64,000 nt of DNA from Camelus ferus. Lineage: Eukaryota. Shown in pieces: positions 52,235 to 64,000 of the stretch; position 1 is the stretch's first letter, and each line of letters begins with the position of its first letter. Made by a program: the position numbers and the translations under genes. The stretch is taken from the NCBI RefSeq assembly GCF_009834535.1, contig NC_045696.1, positions 77,068,001 to 77,132,000 of the forward strand, in the 5' to 3' direction. The notes under the pieces are model-generated. The model saw nothing but the letters and a program-made list of their open reading frames with translations, did no database searches and was not told where the DNA came from.

Positions 52235-53150
52235 CAACAAAACAAAAATGAGTATTATTCCTCCATATCAACAGTAGTCATGTAATAATAATAGACTTTA
52301 TATGGGCGGCAAAGATTATTAAATATCTGGAAAGAAATACAGCAAAAATGTGTGGAGACAGTTATAAAACATTAGTGAAGAATGTGAAGTAAGTTCTGCA
52401 TAAAAGGACAGATATACCATATTTATGCTAGATAAGATAAAATACCATAAATACGTCAGCTTCCTCAAATGAATGTATAACTTCCATACAACTCTAAGTT
52501 AGAAAACTCATTCCAAAGATCATAGAAAAAAGATTCAAGAATGGCTAAGACCATTATGGAAAAGAAGGAGGTAGAGCTTTACCGCATATCATTTATTATA
52601 CCACAATTAAAGTCACATGGTTTTTGTGCAGAAAGAAGTACATCAACACACCAGAATAGGTAATCCAAAAAAAAAAAAAAAAGAACATATCTAAGAACAT
52701 ATAAGAATTTGACATATGATACAATTAGTGGTTCAGATAAAGGGGAATCTACGGGAATCAATGTGAATATATTTAAAAAATATAGCATTGAGTTAAAAAA
52801 CAAATTTCTGACTGATACATAAAATAAGAGGCCAACCATATAATTAAAAAAAAACTTTATTTGTTGGTACATATATGTAATATAAGTCCAGAAACATGAA
52901 ATGGAATGAAACCCACCAAATGTTTGCCTTTGGGAAATGGTGCAGGGGAGTGGGACTGGGGTTGTAAAGTCTATGGGAGAGAAAAAAAACAACAGAAATT
53001 TCAATTTCATATGTTAATATTATAATTGTTCAATAAACAGAATATTGGAAGCAAACATAAATGTGAAAAATTGTTTACTCTAGCTGGATGATAGTTAGGG
53101 TCTGTTAAACCCTGTAGTTTCCTATATTTGAAACTATTTAATGGGAAAAA
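52235..53150 (+). mobile_element. Ancient L1 fragments (ORF2 and 3' end)
   Basis: TATAAAACATTAGTGAAG...GATATACCATATTTATG...CATTCCAAAGATCATAG...AAGAATGGCTAAGAC. Confidence 0.6.
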
Positions 53151-54525
53151 AGAAAACACCAAAAATACTTTTTAAATCTCAGAAATACATAATTTACTCT
53201 GCCAAAGGCCTTGACAGTGTATGTCTTTGAAAGCACACTGTTCACTAAACTTAAAAATAAAATATATCCATGGTAACCATTGCACCATGCAGCAAAGGCT
53301 CTTTGAACCTATTGTATCTTTAAGAAAACATGGAGATTTGGAGTGTGGCTGGGATGTGGTGAAGTGAGTGTTTTTACAAGAAAATTTGTTTTCTCTTACT
53401 GTTAATTTTTTAATGTTTCCTGTTTCCAGTCTCTAAAAGCAGTGGATAGAAAGCAAAATGAAGTCTCTTTCAAAGGCAAAGAAATGTTAGCATTTAAACA
53501 GGTATCTGAAAACACTCCTGTGAGCTGTAGCCTATAAGCATTTTAAGTGTTAAAAAGCAACCAGACAGGATCTCTGGTTTTCCGATTCAGAGCTCTCTCA
53601 TAGAAACGACTGCTGAGTAATTTATGGAGAAGGTTGATGTGAGGTCTGCGTGTAAGAGCTGGAAAGATGAAAATAGAGCTGATACATTTTCTTACTTTTG
53701 ACGGTTTCTCTTAGTTTTCCTTTCTGCCTTGGAGAGTCTTTCTGCCCCTTTCATTTCTTTCTCTAAACATATAGACTCATTTATTCATTCATTTACTGCT
53801 CAATAAATATTTTTGAGTACCGACGTGTCACAAGTTCTGTGCCCAAGACAAAACCAAAAACCCATTAGAGGTTATTTACTGTTTTCTTACTCCCAGAGAC
53901 ATAGTGAAGTAGTTAACGTTTAATGTACATGTAGAGATTTTTAAATCACTGGGAAGTCTTCCTCTCAAGAATAATAAGCTAACGGAACAAACAAAACTCT
54001 GTGTCATGTTAAAATGTATTTTTCACATAGCGCCCAGCTGCTTTGGGGGCAGGTGTTATGTGGAACCTCGTGTTTCCTTAACACATGCTATTTCTGGCTC
54101 ATTGCTTGTAAAGACATACTCAAGGTCACCTTCCTCCAGACACTGAGATCACTAGATCATGGCCGAGATCTGATCATCCGTTTCCGTTGCCCCACCACCT
54201 TACATGATACTCCATATACCTTATGCCACAGTAAACACTTGAATGAATATAAATGTCTTGATGCATGTTTAATAAGTCTGCAGTTGTCTTTTTTGACAGT
54301 GCTAAGTAGCTTGTTTTTAGAGTAAGATTCAAGGCGAATCATTACGAAGTAACAATTGACAGTGTATCAGAAGATATGCTCACATTTTATATTTATTCTT
54401 CATTAATGCTTTTGGCCTTAACATTTTTGGAATACGTGATATTTTTACTTACTCGTTAAAGTAAAGGAAATGTTAGTCTTAAAAAGTAGCCATGATGTAT
54501 TCGGTAACTAAACATATGCAATTAT

Positions 54526-54683
54526 ACATGTGTGTGTATATATATATATATATATAGATAGATATAGATATAGATATAGATTAGATATAGATATAGATTA
54601 GATATAGATAATAGATATAGATAGATATAGATATAGATATAGATATAGATATAGATATAGATATAGATATAGATATAGATATC
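54526..54683. repeat. Compound microsatellite (TG)n(TA)n(ATATAG)n
   Basis: Direct inspection; a long TAGATA hexamer array with a few interruptions. Confidence 0.97.
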
Positions 54684-54819
54684 TAGCTGGTCCAGCACCC
54701 CTTGGCGAGGCTGCAGCAGTGGTTACTGTCAGACTGGTTTACTTTACCATCCTTCACTGCGTGAGCACTGTTGTTTTGCACCAGCTGTGGATTTTCTAAA
54801 ATCACTGCTGTATCCGTTT

Positions 54820-55580
54820 TTCTTTTTCATCCTAGTCCAGTCTTTCCAGTTTATCAGCACATTTTGTTGGCTTTGGATTCAGTTTTGAATATTTCAGCTT
54901 CTCCACAATTTCCGCCCTGGACAGAGCCACCTTCCTTCCTCCCAGGACTGGAACAGTAGCCTCACATTTGTTCTTCCTGTTTCTACTCTTGCTCTTATTG
55001 TCTATTTGTCATCGAAAGCCGCACTGAGCTCCTGACAGTGTCGCACATGGCAGCCCTTTGCTCCAAGCCCTCTACTAGCTTCCTGTCCCCTTAGACTAAA
55101 ATGCAAAGACCTCTCCCTGTTCTACAAGTCCCCAGTCATTCATCTGACCCTGGCTACGTTCTGACTTCCTTCTAGACTTTATTGCCTCAGATACTTTACT
55201 TTCCCTGTTCCCTTTGCCTGGAAATCATTAACCTGAAAAAAATTTAACTGGCTTGTTCCCACCTTAATATAAGTCCCACTGTAGGTGTCAGAACTTAAAA
55301 GAGGCCTTCCCTGACCTCCTTACTAAAATATCTTGTCATTCTTTAGACTTTTATTATTATTACATTGTACCATATCTTACTATCTAGCTATCTAGCTATC
55401 TGTCTACCCATCTACCTGTCTGTCTGTCTGTCTGTCATTCTATCTATCCATCCATCCATCCATCCGTCCATCTGTCTCTCTGACTAGAATTTAGCCAGGG
55501 GTCTTGTTTTCACCTCACTGTAATTTTAGGGCACAGGCAATGCCTGGTACATAGGAGATGCTTAGTAAAGCTTTTTAAAT
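54820..55580 (+). mobile_element. L2, containing a (TCTA/TCTG/TCCA)n tract at ~55380-55480
   Basis: L2 body ending CAATGCCTGGTACATAGGAGATGCTTAGTAAA. Confidence 0.8.
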
Positions 55581-56159
55581 ACATTACTTTTTTCCTCCTC
55601 TGTGAAGGCTCCCCTTATGGCCAGTGCCATTCATTTTGCTTCCTACTTGTGCTGCTAGCTAGCATTGTTAGTACCATTTTTTTTTTAAAAGCATATGCTT
55701 TATCTCCATAGCAGATTGTAGGTTAAGTAGACAGAAGGAACATGCCTTCTCCCCCTCTGATGCTCATATAATTTCTGCTCCTGGTGGTGATAATTGGGTT
55801 ATTAATGCCTGCTATTTATAGTAAAATAACAGGTAGGAAATAATAACAAGAAAGAACCCATTATGGTTTGGCATTTTAACCTGCTGTCATGTTATCCTGA
55901 AATGTCCAGGGTCATTTTAGAGTTTTGCCAGTGTTTAATGGTACTTGACTTGCATCTTAGCAAAGCAGTTGTTATGTGGGGCAGCTTCTTAGCTCGTGAG
56001 CCCTGAGATTTTCCCCTTCCACAGAATCTCTGTTGGTGTTTTTGCTAATTATTAGACATTTGCACGTTTTGCCTGTAATTTATTTGTCATTAGGAGAACA
56101 AAATCTTAGTGTAAAAGACTAGGAAATGCAACATGTACAAAGGGGTAGTTGCATAAAAG

Positions 56160-56400
56160 TCGTGATGAAGAATGGCGTCCCTGGAGCTAGACTTGCTCGG
56201 TTCTCATCTCAGTTTGTCATATTGTGACTTTTGTCAAATTGTTTAAATTCTCTGTGTCCAAGTTTCCTAATCTGGAATTTGGAGATAACAGTTCCTACCC
56301 TATGGGATCTTGTAAAGATGAAATGCATTATTAATCTGTGCAAAACACTTTTAACAGTTCCGGAAACATTGTATTACTGAATAATTATTCACTCCTATTA
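56160..56400 (+). mobile_element. MIR (MIRb-like)
   Basis: GTGACTTTTGTCAAATTGTTTAAATTCTCTGTGTCCAAGTTTCCTAATCTGGAATTTGGAGATAACAG. Confidence 0.8.
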
Positions 56401-58961
56401 TTAACATAATGGCATAGTTATTATTAAAGACCTGCATTTGTGAGAAAAATTTTTACTAGTATTTATACTTGGAATATAATATATTATTAAAAATCATGAC
56501 CATATTGGAAGGAAAAAAGTAACTTTAATTCTCTTAATTAAATTATATTTGACTAATGTTGGTCAACTCTTTTTCAAATAACCCTTGAACAGAAGGATAA
56601 CAGACCCTCAATAATTCATTTGAAGTAGTGATCACACTTTATCTCCCATGTTTGGACGATGATCATCCACTTCGCTCTTGTAAGAAATAAAAAAAAATAA
56701 TGATATTTGAAAACCACAAAATACTACCCGCTTTGCAAAGACTGTATTTATTTTTCCATCTTTTATTTTACATTTATTTTGTACAAGTCTCATGAAGCCT
56801 AACAAGAAAATCTTTCATAAAATTTCAGTGTGTTGGGAGTTATTTATTGCTTTTAGCCTATAGATTGCCAAATGTAATTTCAGAAAATTAAAAAAAAAAA
56901 GGTGTCAGAACCAGAAGATAAAACCAACTGTGAAAAGACAGGTGAAACGACAAGTAAATTTTCTAGTCTAATTCAAGAGAAAAGCATAAATGTATTGGAA
57001 AGAAATGATATTAAAAACTGAACATTTGCTTTAAATTACATTGTTTTGGCATTTCTGTGATGCCTCTTTAAAAGATTATTGGTGCCTATTTAAAATTTAT
57101 TTCAGTCTGACTTTCTGTACTTAACACTTACAGTGAAGAATTTCTGTTTTTTTTTTAAAAAGACACTTTGAAAACCTCAAGATAACTTTTGTTTTCCCTA
57201 TTTAATTTAAAAATTTTCCTTAAAGTTTAGTGAGCCTCTTCTACTGAATTATGGAAATATTTCATTTTTTAGCAAAGGCAACCTGCTTGCTGAGATGCAA
57301 CCCACAGCAACATTTGTGTAGGAATTTTAATTCCATAAATATATCAGTTTATGATGAAAATAACAATGCAATGTTAACAACAGCAGAAGTGTAGACATTG
57401 CAGATAATATTAATACCATTAAACACACCTTCTCTATATGAAGATCTTTCCATTTTCCATCTCCCTACTACTTGAAATAAAAATTGCTCACATTTCTTCC
57501 AAAAGAAACAGCATTCAACATATATCTGACTATAATTCCGAGTGCCAGTCAATCAGTGAAGGCTTGTTTTGTTCAGTCCCATCATCTCCAGGGAACAACA
57601 GAAACTACACTGTAAATAAAGATGCTTTCATCATGACATCACTTCAAACTGTATCACTACCTGAAACTTTTATTAAACATGCTAGTGATGCTAGATGCAC
57701 TTATTGAAACTGTTGTTACTGCTCAACTACGTAAACTTTATCAATGTTTTTCTCTTTTTTAAGTGTCTTCTAAATAAGTTACCTGAATAGTTTCCTTTTG
57801 AAAATATTGTTCAATATCCAGCCTATACAGGAGTATGGAGTACTGCATCAAGAAGTTATTCACTCTACATAAATCATAATTCTTGGTCACTGGAAAAAGA
57901 CATTATCCACAAATCACACTACCTCTTGGAACTGCATGCCCCGTATCCCAAGACGTCAGGCTGTTTAATGTCTTGTCTGTCTGATTAAGAGCTAGTGGAG
58001 ACTGAGGAGCGAGATAGGTAAGCTTAGATTCAAGCACAATATCCTAAATAAACTAAATTTAGATCCAGACCACATATATCTAACTTCCTTTTGTAATTTG
58101 GGCAGAGGAGGATAGAACTGAAGAAAGAGATATGGTTCATGCCTGAGTTGAACTTGCATGGTTTATTGTTTGTTACTTTTTGACTGCTTATACAGCAGGG
58201 GCAGCCCTCAAGCCTAATGTTCTCATAAGCAGTTGACATATTTGATGGTAGTTGGGCTAAAACACAGCATAAATAAAACCCTGTTGGCTTGTAGTATATC
58301 AAAACCAGAGAGAGAGGGAAAAAAAATCAATGTTTTTCCAAATAGAAAAGGATGAAACTCGTGAAGAAAAGATCTAATAGTATCCAACTTTGGGAAAAGG
58401 CAACAGAAGGGTGTTAAGGGTCTTAGACTACTTTTATATGGTTAAAGATGTAAGTAAATAGATGTTTGTATACGCAGTGTGCAGTTGGACTGCAGGTTCT
58501 GTAAACCATCTGGTTACTTTGATTTCAGAGGACAGCAGCTAGGTTACACGGTGCTAACCCTGACTTGATGAGTGCATGGTACGGTAGTGTAAAGAAACAA
58601 AGATGAATGTTCCAACGACTGTAAGAATCTCTGAGGAGTACACACAGATCAGTACTTGTGTAAGTCGTAGACGCTCATCCTCCTGTAGGAATCTTTCAGG
58701 AAAGTGAAGCCAATTCTACTGAGGTGTTTTCTCACTCTCCCAGTGAACTGTAAATTATCACAGTCAAACACAGTACTAAAATGTCCTTTCTTGGAACTCA
58801 AAGACCCTTGAAACATTAGCTGCCCTGAAAAATAATTAAATGAATGGAGTTTTCTTTGACTTTCTTACCAATCTTGAGTTAAGAATTTTTGCCTCAGGGC
58901 ATATCGACTCCGCTGATGACTGGATATACAAACTGGGCTAACCCAGAGCCGTCCAGTGTCA

Positions 58962-58980
58962 GTCACACCCCCTACTGGTG
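58962..58980 (-). promoter_or_regulatory. Candidate CTCF-binding motif
   Basis: The minus strand reads CACCAGTAGGGGGTGTGAC, versus the core CCAS(C/T)AG(A/G)(G/T)GGC; one C>T change, consistent with CpG decay. It lies in non-repeat sequence. Confidence 0.35.
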
Positions 58981-59844
58981 GGTGAGGACACAGGGCAAAT
59001 CTCTAGGCTCTTCTCCAGCCCTTGTGATCCCAGATGAAATGGTTCATGTGTAGAGTCTTCAGCAAGCCAAAGTGGTATTTCTAAATTAAAGCTCCTGCTT
59101 TCCTTAGATGTTGTCAGTAAATAGGTTTGTGAATGGACTCATAGAGGGGTTTGGCTTCGTTGACTGGGGTGCCCTCCCAGTGCTTGCCATGCCTCTTCTA
59201 GGCAATGACGGGTACGCGTGGGTATCTGAGGAGAGTCATCTTACACTCCAGGCACCTTCTGAGTACGAAATGGAGGTCTGTATATAAATAAGCAGGGGCA
59301 TTTCATTCTCTGCCTCATTCTCTGCTGTACTGTGGTTTTCCATGCCTGTTAACCGTCTGCTATGCCCACTCTTGAGCCCCTGTGCAAACATTAAACTAAG
59401 TTCATCTTCAAGGGGAAAAACGAATCTCAGGAGATTCATTTCAGATACAGTGTTTGAATAACATTAAGTGAACCAAGCAAAAATAAGATGCTAATGAAAT
59501 TAGTGTAGTCAGACTTTAAACTTGATGAACATAAGCAAGCCCTCTGCTGAAGTATAACCCACCACCTAATATGCTTCTCATTACAGTATCTGGGGGAAAA
59601 TACAATTGTGTCTCGAAATAATGCTACTTTTTAAATATATTTAAAATATTTTCTTGTTGCTGTTTCTAAAATAAATATGTCTATTGGGAGCAAATTTGAC
59701 TGACCTGTATAACTGAATCTTTAAGACTAAGCTTTATTCTCATTCACTGTAGCATTTCAAAGAAACCATAACACACAGCATCTTTTTATCAACCCCCTCC
59801 AGCTATCTACTTAATAATATGAATAGTTCACCCTAATAAATCTT

Positions 59845-60010
59845 AGAGAACTCGCCAATGTGCTCCATGAAAACACGTAACCTAATATTCACAGCAACCA
59901 GGAAATAAGGTGTTTTTTTCCTTTTTACAGTTGAGGAAACTGAAGTTCAGAAAGGTAAAGTGATTTCCCCAATGGTATACAGTTGTAAGAGGAAGAGTAA
60001 ATTCTAATTT
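59845..60010 (-). mobile_element. MIR
   Basis: TTTTACAGTTGAGGAAACTGAAGTTCAGAAAGGTAAAGTGATTTCCCCAATGGTATACAG. Confidence 0.85.
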
Positions 60011-60229
60011 GAAAATAATCGCCCTGTAATTTTATTCAAAAGCATTTTTTGAAGCCATTTTCTAGGCTTTGTGCAAAGTAAAGAGACTTCAGAACTGAAT
60101 ACAATGCAGTTTTGCCTTGGTGGAGCTCACAAATGTGTGTTTGCAAGCGAGCATGTGCATGTGAGGGAGAGATGGAAATATATAAGCAATTATAAAAATG
60201 TGATAAAAGCTAGCTGCAAAAATAAATTC

Positions 60230-60590
60230 AAAACGTGTATAGTTACAAAATAGGGAGCAAATGTTACTTTGAGGAACTGTCAAGGAAGACTCAGAAGGGA
60301 GGTCATTTGCTTTAAATTGGGAAGGAAAAGCGGATTAGGTATCAGTCAAGCAGAAAAAGCCAAGAAGGCATTTCAGGCATAAACAAAAGATGTGAAGGGA
60401 AAAAGAAGAAGAAGTATTCTTGAGTGGCTGGAGTGTTTGTGTGTGGTTCTGCAGCCCTGGTGTAATTGCAGAGTGAGTGAGACGATACAACTGAAAACCA
60501 TCAGGAGTCTCAGAGGCTTTGTAATGTCATGGTGAGGAGTTTGGACTTCACTTTTGGTGACTAGGGGGCCTTTAAAAGTGTTGAAATTCA
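60230..60590 (-). mobile_element. L2 fragment
   Basis: GTCAAGGAAGACTCAGAAGGGAGGTCATTTG...GGCATTTCAGGC...GGAGTTTGGACTT. Confidence 0.7.
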
Positions 60591-61700
60591 TTCTACACCT
60601 GAACTTCCTTCCCCTAAAGTAGGTCCAGTAAGCAATAGTCTTAATGCAAACATTGTATTTTGAGCCAGAAAAGGGCATTAAAAAAACAAACTATGCTGAG
60701 GGTGGAGAGATAGGCAACCGCTCTGCTGGAGATCCCACCCCAACTGGAAACAGAAATGACAACCTGTCATCCCATTTTACGATACGTAATCTGAAAAAGA
60801 TTGTTGCAAAGGGTGGTGATTTGATAACGTTTTTATTGGAGATGTATTACATCTCCACACCCTCCTACTTCATGCTATTGACTGAGAATCACTTGTATAC
60901 GAAAGAACAACAGCGTATGACATTTTGGAGAAAAAGAAGTGTGTTTTTCAGTCTTGGGATCTTCATCACACAAACTCATAGCCATAGGCCAGAAAACAGT
61001 GTTACAAACAGCTGCATTTATGACATGTTTTTAAATTTAGTACATCAATTCTTGAAATCCTGGCCCCTAAGGCCTTCTGCATAGGAATTCCTGCCTCTCC
61101 AGCCTCCTCCTGGTGACTGACAATACTTCTAGCCTGCTCCTAAGAGATTATTAGAAGAAACATCTATGCAGAAGAAGAAATAGCAATAAGGGAAGTGTCC
61201 TTCTTACTTTGATTTGCATAAACAAAAAAGAATTTCAAGGATAGCCTTGATTGAGAGAATTTTAAGAAGATAGCACTTAGGAGTCAATGGAAAACAAGAA
61301 AAATCAGCATGATAAAGACACTGACTTTTATTTAAAAAAATGTTGCATATGTATATGCAAACCATAGGTCACCAGTAGGAGGTACCCAAAGAGAAAAACA
61401 GTGGAAGCTTTTCATGATTTTGTAAAACTCCTATGTTTTAAAAAAAAAATTCAACTCTAATCATACGGGGCAGTGGGGGTGGGGTAGGGGGTAGTCCATG
61501 AAAGTAAGGTGAAAAGGTAAAGGAGAAAAGTTGAGAATATAGTTGATACGTAGTCTGAAAATCAAGATACATTCTGAACGGCTGACTCAGAGGAATGATT
61601 CTTAAAGAATTTTTAAGGGATTAAACAATGTCATAGAATCATGTTCATTATTTCTAAGAATGTTAGAAAAAAGAGATCAGAAAGGCTCAGAGTTCTAGAA

Positions 61701-61799
61701 TGTGTGTGTGTGTATGTGTGTGTGTGTGTATGCATGACTGGGACATTATGCTGTACACCAGAAATTGACACATTATAACTGACTATACTTCAATTAAAA
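61701..61799 (+). mobile_element. Very short young L1 3' end (same family as 14501 and 34762) with an expanded (TG)n
   Basis: TATGCATGACTGGGACATTATGCTGTACACCAGAAATTGACACATTATAACTGACTATACTTCAATTAAAA is the reverse complement of the other two copies. Confidence 0.9.
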
Positions 61800-62319
61800 G
61801 AATAGATGTTTTGTATTTCTAAATTAAAAAAAAGAGTAGATAGGATGCCTTTGGTGTGAAGAGATGAGAAATGGGTGGGGGTGGGGAGGATGACCATGAT
61901 AATTAAATGCTGGATTTTCAGTTTCACTTTGACAGTAAGACACCAGAAATAATTTTCAATAACGTATTTTGAATCACCTAAAAAGATGTAGATTCCTGAG
62001 CATTATACAACCAAAGTTACCTTGTGAAGTTTTTCTGCATCGTTTCGAAGCTGACTTAGCACTTTGCAACACCAAGCTTGCTATCAGAAAGGTAAATCCT
62101 CCCACCCCAATTTAACTCCATGTAGTGAATGCCCAGCAGTAGATGGGGCCTCTCTGAGACTTAGTTAAGCGTTCAGTGGTTTGCGATAACAGTAGAGCAT
62201 GCCAGTTCCTGTTTTTAACGATTTTGTGGCAATTGGTAATTACATTAGTAAAGACCTGAGTTGATAGCTTCCATTATGTTTATGCCTTTTGTTAGGTTTT
62301 CTCCCCCCACATACTGCTT

Positions 62320-62370
62320 TTTAAAATTAATAGACTTTATTTTTCAGAGCAGTCTTAGGTTTACTAAAAG
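62320..62370 (-). mobile_element. Old L1 extreme 3' end fragment (L1MC-like)
   Basis: AATTAATAGACTTTATTTTTCAGAGCAGTCTTAGGTTTAC. Confidence 0.6.
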
Positions 62371-64000
62371 CATTTTGTTAGTTTTTGAGCAATGAATTTT
62401 TATTCCTTTTGATTTAATTGATTTGGATTAAGAGTACAAATAAGTAAGCAACTATATTTATCCATCAAGATCTTCTGATTGAATAGGCAGTTAGTTACTT
62501 TATCAATTATACACACGTACACACGCACATACAAGTAGAGCGAGCCCTCACTTTAAAAAGCTGCATGTAAATAGAGCTTTCGTGCTCCCTCTGAGCATTG
62601 CTGATATGTATTTTTAAAAAGTGCTTCAGTTAAATTTCAGATTTTTTAATAGTAAATTTGATTATAGATTAAGTTTTTATTGAGCCATTGTTGACATTCT
62701 CATCTACTTTGTAGGTTTTGAATAAGACTTCCACACTCTAGAAGTGGCCAGTGGTTATTGATATCTGACTTTGGAAAAAGCTCTTTGTTTTTACTAATTC
62801 TGACGAAGTTTTTGAATCTTGTTGGCTAAAATCTTGACAAGTAGCAAAGCGCTGTCTGAGGGACTCTGGACATACCGGTGTGAAGCATGCATACTGCATC
62901 TTACCTCAGGGTACTGCTGATACTTCATCATATCTCAGCGCTACTAACTGACCATTCTGTACTCTATTGCCATTGCCGCTAGTGTCATTGAACAAGGATG
63001 AGATGGATTCCTGAGCAGTCTGACTTAGGCAGGGTAATTTTTTTCAACAAAATAAGATTTTGTTTATATCCTTGTGTTTGTATTTTTCTTCAGTACCACG
63101 TAATTAGGTTTTGCAATTACTTAGCCAATGATTTATTGTTGCCAAGTTCCCCGAAACAGAGTACAGATCTGTTAGAACGTTTTATTGCATGGCCACCAAG
63201 GCCCAGTTCGTCCTAGCACTGACCTGCGCTCCTACTATAACGATGGGGCCAGAGCTCTACGACACTTCAGTCAAATTTGTATCCTGTTCAGGTACAATTG
63301 TGTTGATGGATAAAGATGTCATATCAATGTGAAATGCCTTGTTCAATGGCCGTGATCAGTACTATTGAAGCTTAACTCGCCAGAGCCTCTTGCATCCCCT
63401 GACTCCCAATGAGGCGCAGCAGCCTAACGGCAGTCCTTCACAAGGCACATTTCTAGTATTGCCATTGCCCCTGTGTGCTGCACATCTGGGCACTGGGCAC
63501 TGACATTGCCGCTAGCGTCACAGGATCATGTAGTCCTGGAAGAAAATTCCAGATGAGCCCTTTGGCAAATAAGAGAAAAGATCATCGAAAAGAGAACAAG
63601 TTTTGAGAGATACAAGCAGGAATAGCTAAATGCCTCAGGTCATCATAAACCAAAGACTATCATGAGAAAAATATGTTACCAGTTATTATTTAAACCAGCT
63701 TATAGGATACTGAGACAGATAGTCAGAGGATGCTAACCCCCCCCCCTTTTTTTTTTCTTTGAGAAAGGATTTTAGTGCTCTTTGAAGTCTTATTATCATT
63801 TAAGGGCTGATAGAAATATGCAAAGCTCTCCTGGAGACTCCTGATCAATTCCATTTTGAGATAGTCTGGTTATTATTGGTTGTAAGCTCTTGTATGATAG
63901 CCTCTTGTTTATTTTATTTCCCAGAACCTCTAGCGTGTAAAGGAGAGGGGGAGGAAGATTACATAGGAGTGCTAAAACTCTTCTGAGAAAGTTACAACCA

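Noticed and set aside
58565..58634. Possible C/D-box snoRNA (TTGATGA...CTGA, ~70 nt)
   Set aside because: Non-consensus C box, weak terminal stem, no clear D' box and no rRNA/snRNA complementarity that I can recognise.
63189..63332. 47-codon ATG-initiated ORF (MATKAQFVLAL...)
   Set aside because: Too short, no recognisable homology and no supporting exon structure.

Overview
AT-rich, gene-poor mammalian genomic DNA with no recognisable intact protein-coding gene. It is most likely camelid: it carries tRNA-derived SINEs resembling Vic-1 and young L1 3' ends of the camelid type. Much of the window is interspersed repeat (L1, HAL1, L2, MIR, MaLR/ERVL LTRs, hAT/Tigger MITEs, microsatellites). 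Most L1 copies lie on the minus strand, which suggests a large intron of a plus-strand gene. The most notable structure is a ~2.7 kb composite retro-insertion (11174-13864). It consists of a 5'-truncated L1, an orphan MIR-bearing segment and a retrocopied DNMT1 3' end, all bracketed by an unusually long 72-bp direct repeat that ends at an L1-endonuclease-type TTT/AA site. This fits a template-switch chimera. Repeat family names and the DNMT1 identity come from recalled consensus/mRNA sequences, not from a database search. Boundaries of old repeats are approximate.
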